From the NCBI GenBank assembly GCA_020184695.1, contig JAANOX010000026.1:62001-126000 (forward strand): a DNA stretch of 64,000 nucleotides, written 5' to 3'. The notes under the pieces are model-generated. The model had not been told where the DNA came from and did no database searches. It worked only from the letters and a program-made list of their open reading frames with translations. A program made the translations under genes and the position numbers. Positions 51,900 to 60,124 of the stretch are shown piece by piece. Within the stretch, counting starts at the first letter, position 1. The number at the start of each line of letters is the position of its first letter. Source of the DNA: Histomonas meleagridis 2922-C6/04-290x. Taxonomy: Eukaryota > Protista > Parabasalia.

Positions 51900-54800
51900 T
51901 TATTTTCTTATGTTAAATAATTCAACCACTTTATTATAATTAAGTGCTGTTGCCCAAGAAATTGCTGTTTCATTTTAATTTAATATATTCCATATTTTGT
52001 TAAGAAATCCAAAATTATAATAATAAATTTTGAACAAAATAAAGAATCATTTTTTGCATTGATATCAATATCTTCTTTTTCAAGGAGAACTTTAACAATT
52101 TCCACATGATTATTACCAGATGCATACATAAGTGCTGTATAAATTAATTTGAGTAATTACCAAAAATTATTTTGAGATTTCAAAAAAAGAAAATTGATTT
52201 CATATAAAGTAAATTAATATCTTTCTCATTGATTTTAATATCTTCATGATTAAGAAGTATTTTAACAATTTCAGTATAACCTTTTAACGATGCTAATATA
52301 AGAGCTGTTTGCTATAATTTGAAAAAATTTCAAATATTAAAATGAAATATTAAATCATAAAATAGAAAATTAAATATTTTAAATAAATATCTTTAACATT
52401 AACGTCAATTCCTTCTTGCTCAAGAAGTAATTTAACGATTTCCATATTATTATGATTTAATGCCCAAATAAGTGCTGTTCGAAATAATTTAAATAAATTC
52501 CAAATTAAATTTTGAAATATTATATTTCTAAAATTTATATGAAAAATTACATATAAATATCTTCAGCATTTATATCAATATCTTTTTGTGCAAGAAATGT
52601 TTGTATAATTTCGATATATCCTTTTTCAGATGCAATCATTAATGCATTTTTAAAAATTATATACAAAATCCAAATATTTCAAATAAATATTAAAATGTTG
52701 AAGTATTCACTGAAAGAAACAAATAAATATCTTCATCATTTATATCAATTCCTCCGTTATCATAAAGAATTGTGGCAATTTCAGTATCACCATTTTCTAC
52801 TGATAATAAAAATGCTGTTTGAAATATTTAAAATAATTTCCAAATAATATTTTAATATCTTAAATTTTCAATTTAAATATTAAATATGATAATATAAACA
52901 TTTTTGGCATTAATATCAATTTCTTCTTTTTTGATAAGTAATTTAACTATTTCTATATGACCATTTTTAGATGCAAACATTAGTGCAGTATTAAATATTT
53001 TTAATAATTCCCAAATGTTATGTTGGAATATCATGTTATTAAAATAAATATCAAATAAAACAAACAAATATTTTTGGCATTAATATCAATATCTTTATGT
53101 TGTATAAGTAAATTAACCATTTCTATATAACCATCTTTAGATGCAAACATAAGAGCAGTATTAAATATTTTGAATAATTTCCAAAAATTATTTTGAATTT
53201 CCATATTATTAAAATAAATTAGCAATAAAATAATTTTATATTTTTAATATTAACATTAAGTTCTTCATGTTCAAGAAGTAATTTGACTATTTCAACGTAA
53301 CATTTTTTCGGTGGATTTTTATTAGTCATCGAAAATATTTTAAATAATTTCCTAATATTATTTTAAAACCTTATTCCATTTAAATAAATTTTATATAAAT
53401 TAGACAAATATTTCCGACATTATAAGTACTTCCTTTCTGTTGAGAAATGATTTTAAGCGTTTTTGTTCGACCTGGGCGTGCGTGTGCACAACCATTTCGA
53501 GAAGCGAATGAAAGTGCATTCCAAATTATTTTGAATAAATTCCAAATATTATTTTGAAATATAAAATTATTAAAATAAATTTTAGATAAAACAAATAGAT
53601 ATTTTGAGCATTAATATCAATTCCTTCTTGATCAAGAAGTAATTTAACTATTTTTGCATGACCATATTTAGATGCTTTTAGTAGTGCTGTTTCAAATATT
53701 TAAAATAATTTCCAAATATTATTTTGAGGCAAGAATAAGAAGTAATATAAATAAATATCTTGTGTATTAATATCAATTCCTTCTTGATCAAGAAGTAATT
53801 TAACAATTTTTGTATAACCTTTTTTAGATGCATACATAAGTGCTGTATTAAATAATCAAATTAATTTCTGAACATCATTTTGAATTATTCAATCACTCAA
53901 ATAAATATCAAATAAAACATAAAAATATCTTTGGCATTAATATCAATTCCTTCTTGTTCAAGAAGCAATTTGACGATTTCAATATTATTTGATAAAGAAG
54001 AAACTACTAAAGCACAACCAGATCGAAAATTATTTTCTAAAAAATGCTTCAATAGGTATAAATTACCACTTCTTGCTGATTCATTTATTATATAACTATC
54101 GATTAGCATTCCATCTCTTTTCAAAAATGAGAAAATTTCATAATTATTATGAATTTCACAAAGAACTCCTAAGTTATTAATATTTTCAGGTTTGAGTCGG
54201 CCAATGATAAAACTTATTGGAACAAAATCATAATCATAATAATAATTTATATCATTGAAATCATAATTTACAAATCTATCTAATTTCTTTTCATAAATAT
54301 ATTTAAAGATATCATTTTTATGAAATATAATTGCTGCTTCATATGCACCTTCAAATGATGAATGATTTTGTTCACATAAATGAATTAACTCCAAATTTCC
54401 ACTTGCAACTGCATATTTACCTGTGTTTTCTACTTTAGCATTATTCATAAGTAAATATTTAAAGCATTTTACTGAAGAAAAAAATGCTGCATAATCAATT
54501 AATGTAACATTTTCTTTATTTATAAATGAACATCTTTCATAAAGTGATGGCTCGATTGTTTGATTAAAGTCAAAATTACTTTGTGATGATATTTCTTGAA
54601 GTTTTTCTATTTCATCACTTCGAAGTACTTTCGCGATTTCTAATGGATGATGTCCTTCTTTAACATATTTCTTATGGAGCTCCCAATCATTCTTTGAAAG
54701 TTCTGAATAATTTTCTGAAAAGTATTTCGAGAATTGTTTAGATATCAAAGAGTCTATTTGAATATCGTCCATATAATGAATAAAATATCTTGAATCAATT

Positions 54801-55168
54801 CTTTCTACAATATTTTTATCAATCAAATTTTTCGAAATCATCTTTTCAAGAAGATAATGTGATTCTTGTGATTTGTTATTAGAAAGATTTTCACTAAAAA
54901 TTTTCATTATAGAATTTTCAAGATTTTTTTCCTTTTCTTTTGCTTGTATTGAGACTAAATAATTTAAATATTTATCTTCCACTCCTTTTTGAGCAATGAA
55001 TGCCGAAAATACAAAATTGCATAATACAATATTGAATGAATATGGAAAGTTTGTATCATACAAATTCATTGTTTGATCGACTGCTGATTCTAATTTCCCA
55101 TTGTGTAAATTAAAAACAATATGTTCAAGTGAATTAAGAATTTGGACGTCAGTGAAGTTATTATTCAT
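51900..55168 (-). CDS. DUF3447 + ankyrin-repeat protein in 13 coding segments separated by 12 non-canonical intervening sequences
   Basis: Segment 1 is 55168-53924 (LIDYAAFFSSVKCFKYLL…QEGIDINAKDI). Cores: 53846-53754, 53690-53598, 53520-53407, 53329-53237, 53159-53067, 52989-52897, 52818-52726, 52648-52556, 52478-52386, 52308-52216, 52138-52046. Terminal segment 51968-51900 ends in TAA. That it is expressed as one protein is inference. Confidence 0.7.
51969..53923 (-). repeat. ~170-bp periodic array: 93-nt ankyrin core + 77-nt AT-rich spacer
   Basis: Spacers: 53923-53847 (77), 53753-53691 (63), 53597-53521 (77), 53406-53330 (77), 53236-53160 (77), 53066-52990 (77), 52896-52819 (78), 52725-52649 (77), 52555-52479 (77), 52385-52309 (77), 52215-52139 (77), 52045-51969 (77). 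Lengths counted from the codon after N/D-x to the T/N/M of TAL. Confidence 0.95.
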
Positions 55169-55284
55169 TTCCGATAGAAATACTTTTTAGTAAAGTTCAT
55201 AATAATTTGAATTAAAACCGATCGATATATTTGCTTTTTATTTTGAAAAGTTTCACTTTTTCAACGTATGAAAACTGACATCAA

Positions 55285-56250
55285 ATGAATGAATTTTTTA
55301 GGCATATTGCATTTGACCAAAGAATTGAACAGGCAGGTGCTACTACACCTCATGGATTTATGATATTCGAGTGCGCTTCATCAGTTGTTCTTTATGAAGC
55401 CAAATTTCCAGATGGTGGTGCAGATCAAATTTCATTATTAAGTGACTCCAATGTTATAGCAGTGTCGGGAGATGACACCACAGGGGGATTTACTAGTAAT
55501 ACTGTTATTTTATGGGATCGAACCATTGACAAAGTGATGCGATTATTTGATGTTGAAACTCGAGTTCTTGGTTTAGTTCTTCGTGCTGATGCTCTTGTTA
55601 TTATTCATGGATCTACAATTACATTTTATAATACATGTGATTTTACACGATATTGTGTTGTCAATAATCCCACCTCATCCATGAACTGTTTTTCATTAGT
55701 TCAATCTGTCACAGCTAACCTTGTTTCTTATCCCTCTGATGATGGTAGTTGTATTAATATTTGTGATTATCATGATCCCGAATATGTATTAGGAACAATC
55801 AATGTTCCACCATCACGAGTTGTTTGTGTTGAATTTTCACGCCAAGGGGAGTTGTTAGCTATTGTTGTTGATGAAGGCAAGAACATATTATTATATTCAT
55901 TATCACCATATATCCAACTTCTAGCGACTTATCATCGTGGATTTCGTTCCACTGAAATCACTGGAATAACGTTTGATAGTTTATCTAATTATTTTTTGCT
56001 TACTTCTAAACGCGGTACTTTGCATGTGTTCGCTGTGCCACCTGCAAACCAACCGCCTGCGCCAAACATAACGCGGAAGTCGAGTTTTACATTCGAATTT
56101 CCTAAAAACTGTGAGATTCATTGTCAATTCGATATTGCAGGCTATTTGATAATCGGAATGACTTTGTCGGGTGTGCTCAAGCAAATGAGATTAGACATTG
56201 AGAAAAAGGCTATTGTGCAAGTGTCTGAAAAGCAAATTGATATTTCTTGA
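55285..56250 (+). CDS. PROPPIN (WIPI/Atg18/Hsv2-like) WD40 protein
   Basis: VILWD, EFSRQGELLA, TYHRG, TSKRGTLHVF match PROPPIN blade 5/6 motifs. Confidence 0.8.
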   Translation: MNEFFRHIAFDQRIEQAGATTPHGFMIFECASSVVLYEAKFPDGGADQISLLSDSNVIAVSGDDTTGGFTSNTVILWDRTIDKVMRLFDVETRVLGLVLRADALVIIHGSTITFYNTCDFTRYCVVNNPTSSMNCFSLVQSVTANLVSYPSDDGSCINICDYHDPEYVLGTINVPPSRVVCVEFSRQGELLAIVVDEGKNILLYSLSPYIQLLATYHRGFRSTEITGITFDSLSNYFLLTSKRGTLHVFAVPPANQPPAPNITRKSSFTFEFPKNCEIHCQFDIAGYLIIGMTLSGVLKQMRLDIEKKAIVQVSEKQIDIS

Positions 56251-56502
56251 ATTTCGAGCTTTGGCGTTGTCAATAAACAATATGTATATAAACATTTTCA
56301 AATTCATTTATTTAATATTAAATATTTAAAATTCAGTCAACAAAATTTGACTTTATTCTCTTTTGATTTCAAATGAAAGTATAAAAACCTTTAAAATGAT
56401 ATTATAAACTGATGTAAAATGTTTTTCGATTCAATGCAGATAGCGTTTTTGTTTCAATAATTGGTATAAAGCCTTCGAAGTCTTCACTTTTTGTAATACT
56501 TG

Positions 56503-57969
56503 ATGTTAATCCTCCCAACAATACTAACAATAAATGTTCATTGTATTTTCGAAAAAAGCAATAAAGATATATATAATATCAATTATAATATTTATAAAAA
56601 TAAAAATGATGCTGATTCAACACCTCAAAATTGGTTTAACATAAAAAACAGAGTTGTTGATAAATTTTTAAAAAAATCTCATCCAATTTCTTATCACCAA
56701 CCAAATTCAAAAAATTATTTATATAATGGAAGAGATCTTGAAATAAAACATAATGCCAATGAATTTGAACAAAGATCTATGATTTCTCTTTATGATAAAT
56801 CATTTTTACATCCTGAAATATATAAAAATAAAAATGATTTTAACCAATATGCTAATGATAATTTCATTACTGAAACAAAAGGATTTTTTAAGAAAAAAGA
56901 AATTCCTGCTATAAAAAGAGCTAAATACACAAGAAAGCCACTCAGAACAAGCCTTACTAAACTCGAAACTCCTGAAGATGAAAAGCATGCAATTCAGTGT
57001 TCCACCTTCATTAAAAATTATCAAAATAATGGGAAAACCATATATATTGATAAAATATTGGAAATTCTAGATCAACATCCTAATTTATGTGATGAAATAT
57101 ACTTTCAATTAATTACACAAACTCAAGAAAATAAAAACAAAGTTTATGAAATGAGAACATGGCAAATTTTACTTGTTATTTCTACAATATTCCCATCATC
57201 AAAAAGAAGTGAACCAGTAATTAAATCATATTTTTTGAAACATGAAAATGTCCAAAAAAATGATATTGCAAATATTGCACAATTATGTTTTATAAGATTT
57301 TCAATTCGATGTTATTATAATATGCAAAAGAATAATTATGAAAGTGCAAAAACAATCCTTTACAAATATAAAAATGATATTTGTGATTTTTATTCAAGTG
57401 TTTATGAGCATCTTTGGTTCGATCGTAAAACAAATCCTTCTTTAAATATTCCATTTGTTCTTGAGGATATGGTACAAAATATTTTAATGAGAATAGAATT
57501 ATGTAATATTGATCAAGTACAAGGAATTTTTAATGACATTGATTTAGAAAATATACCAAAAGATTTTATATATGAATATGAAAATATGCAAACATCATTT
57601 TATTATATTCCCTTAAAGCAAGTATTTAATATTTTAATAAAATGGATAAAAGAACAAATTCCTATGTTTCAAAAAGATATAATTCCTTTAATGATTCGAG
57701 CAAGAAATCCAAATTATTTCTTAAAAATAATAATAAATCATTTAGATCCAACAAATAGAGAACTTTTGGGATATTTGGTTGGTTTCTTTAAAGAAGTAAA
57801 CAAATTTAGCCCTTTAACAGGAATTCATGTATCTAATCTAGCAAAAATATTAATGCAAAGCGTTATTGATTTTGAATCATATTCCTTAAAAGATTGCATG
57901 AAATTAATCTTTTTCTTTCAAGAAATGTTGATGAATTGGGACACTACAGAATATTTTCCTACATCATAA
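56503..57969 (+). CDS. MyTH4 + RhoGAP-fold protein
   Basis: LCDEIYFQLITQT…WQILLVISTIFP (MyTH4); IPFVL…QGIF…LDPTNRELLGYLVGFF…SNLAKI (RhoGAP). First ATG at 56503. Confidence 0.8.
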   Translation: MLILPTILTINVHCIFEKSNKDIYNINYNIYKNKNDADSTPQNWFNIKNRVVDKFLKKSHPISYHQPNSKNYLYNGRDLEIKHNANEFEQRSMISLYDKSFLHPEIYKNKNDFNQYANDNFITETKGFFKKKEIPAIKRAKYTRKPLRTSLTKLETPEDEKHAIQCSTFIKNYQNNGKTIYIDKILEILDQHPNLCDEIYFQLITQTQENKNKVYEMRTWQILLVISTIFPSSKRSEPVIKSYFLKHENVQKNDIANIAQLCFIRFSIRCYYNMQKNNYESAKTILYKYKNDICDFYSSVYEHLWFDRKTNPSLNIPFVLEDMVQNILMRIELCNIDQVQGIFNDIDLENIPKDFIYEYENMQTSFYYIPLKQVFNILIKWIKEQIPMFQKDIIPLMIRARNPNYFLKIIINHLDPTNRELLGYLVGFFKEVNKFSPLTGIHVSNLAKILMQSVIDFESYSLKDCMKLIFFFQEMLMNWDTTEYFPTS

Positions 57970-58288
57970 ATAATTTATCTATCCATTCAACATATATAAA
58001 TAATATCATGATAATCTATCGGTTTAAATGCATTTTTCATTAACAATCGAATAAAAATTAATCTATTTCAAATCATTTTTTTTTTTTTTTCTCCATTTAT
58101 TTTTTATTTTTTATTAATTTATTTTTTTGTTATAAATGAATGAAATATAATTTAACAGTATTAAATATATTTTGTATACGCACATTATATCCCATTTTTA
58201 ATATAATATTTAAATCATTAAAATAAATTTCACAATTTTTTCATATTATAACATTTATATATTATTTCGAACATTTCAAATATACAAT

Positions 58289-59836
58289 TTAATGCACATG
58301 GAAATCGACGTATTCCGAGTCCGTTGTTTCCAAGAAGTCGGTCAGTGTTATCTCGGCAGGGTCCTCAGTCTCCGCCTCTGTTACCTCTGACTCATCTCTA
58401 ATTATTGGCACTGCGTCGCAAGAATTCTCTTCGCCTTCGTTTTCATTTTTTTCTTCTTTTTGTTTTTCGTTATTTATATTTTCTTCTTTCGACTGATAAT
58501 ACATTGTTCCGTTTGGTAATATCTTTATAGTACTTCCAGAAATGTCATCGTAGTATATCATTCCTTCTTTCACCAGCGAGTTCAACAAGTCCTGCACCGA
58601 TGACTTCGTTGTTGTGTCTGCGATTTCTTGCGCGTTCTTCATCGTTTTAATCGCTTTTAATGTGTTCGTCTTCGATGTCAACTTTTGCTTACGTCGGCGC
58701 CACACTGAGTTTAGGAACGTAAGCTTTTGCGTCTTCGGATCAAACATTGTCGGGCGCCCTTGTTGTTTCTTTAGGTACGAAAACAATGTCTGATGCATTG
58801 TCTCTAATGAGCGATCGATGTTTCGATTGTCGATTTTCGGTATTAAGTATTGACTCGCGCCTTGTGATAAAGAGCGTTGAACAAGACGAATCGCAGGGAA
58901 ATTAGATATGTATCTGTTCTGAGATGGATCAGTGGTCATATACTTGGCGCGTACTGCAAATCGTTGCCGATGAAAATCTTCTTTCTTGATGTAGATTAAG
59001 AAGGGAACGACGTTAAGGAATTCGCGGACAAGTTTCATGATCAAATCAACGCTTAAGTGGACCCCTTCGACAATTAATGAGGTGCGAGACTTAACAAACG
59101 AAGAAATAACTGATGTAAGTTGGGTGCCAACAAGTTCGGATTGCGCAAGATATCCTTTCAGACAGCGTTCTTCATCGGATAAAAGATGATCAGGATCAAC
59201 AATGTCACCACACTCATAAGTGGAGCAATGGAGAATGGGATATTGCGATTTGGGATACTTGGACCGCATCGAATGTCGGATGGAATCAGTGGATAGGATG
59301 TGACAGACTGACATGCTGGAGGCAAGAAGTGAAGCAATGGTGGATTTGCCAGTGCCTGGAGCTCCTGATAATAAGATGATGAAAAATCGTCGCTCTTCAA
59401 TAAAATCAAGGGCAAGGCGAAAGTCAACGGAATAACGGACTTTACGGAATTGATGGATATATAAGGAGGCTGATATTAGACGATGAAATTGAATTCGGGA
59501 TAAAACAATGTATTTACGTGAGGGTGAAAAACGACGTGGATCTGTAAATATATCATTGTTCTCATTGCCAAGAATTGTGTTGACAGCTTCGGAAGGACAT
59601 TCCCTTAAAAAAGTAAAAGCCCACTCACTTAAACTTTGATTTAAAGGTGCTTGGCATCCAATCGCTTTGAAAACAATGGAAAGTTTTAAAGGAGTATATC
59701 TTTGCATAAAACGTGGAAGATCTTCATTAATAACTGGTTGACTTTCTTCGGAAAAAATTATATCAGGATAACCATCAACAATGGTGTATATAGCATCAAT
59801 GTTTCGATGCTGGTTTATTGGTTGCAAGCTTTTCAT
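58289..59836 (-). CDS. P-loop NTPase, 2-phosphoglycerate-kinase/LPA1-like
   Basis: LSGAPGTGKSTIASLLA, ILSTDSIR, STYE, LIVEGVHL, RFAVRAKYMT. Confidence 0.85.
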   Translation of the reverse strand: MKSLQPINQHRNIDAIYTIVDGYPDIIFSEESQPVINEDLPRFMQRYTPLKLSIVFKAIGCQAPLNQSLSEWAFTFLRECPSEAVNTILGNENNDIFTDPRRFSPSRKYIVLSRIQFHRLISASLYIHQFRKVRYSVDFRLALDFIEERRFFIILLSGAPGTGKSTIASLLASSMSVCHILSTDSIRHSMRSKYPKSQYPILHCSTYECGDIVDPDHLLSDEERCLKGYLAQSELVGTQLTSVISSFVKSRTSLIVEGVHLSVDLIMKLVREFLNVVPFLIYIKKEDFHRQRFAVRAKYMTTDPSQNRYISNFPAIRLVQRSLSQGASQYLIPKIDNRNIDRSLETMHQTLFSYLKKQQGRPTMFDPKTQKLTFLNSVWRRRKQKLTSKTNTLKAIKTMKNAQEIADTTTKSSVQDLLNSLVKEGMIYYDDISGSTIKILPNGTMYYQSKEENINNEKQKEEKNENEGEENSCDAVPIIRDESEVTEAETEDPAEITLTDFLETTDSEYVDFHVH

Positions 59837-60124
59837 CAAAATTCAAACTTGTGGCCACCCCAATAAGAAAAGTGACTGTGATAACTGAAATCTGATTGTA
59901 AACATGTGAAATCCCGAAAAAATGTCTTTCAATTTTCTTATCGGTTAAATATTAACCTTTTTTTCAGATCAAACAAACTTAGTCAAAAATCGTTTTCTGG
60001 AAAGTAAATTACTGAAAAGTGAAACCGATTAAATAAACCACACAAAAGTTATGGAAATTGTTTTACAACGTCATCAAACAAAAAAAATTAAATCTATTCA
60101 TAATATTTATGAAAAACAAAAAAA

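Noticed and set aside
51969-53923. Canonical GT-AG or U12 AT-AC splicing of the ankyrin spacers
   Set aside because: The CAG in ACA-G is just Thr-Ala codons and is absent where the codons are ACT/AAT/ATG. GT appears in only 5 of 12 spacers, there is no ACTAAC branch site, and AT…AC joins would put the cores out of frame.
53847-53923. Programmed -1 frameshift as the sole explanation of the spacers
   Set aside because: Stops in both the upstream (nt 25-27) and downstream (nt 33-35) frames of this spacer; the 63- and 78-nt spacers are in frame yet contain TAA.
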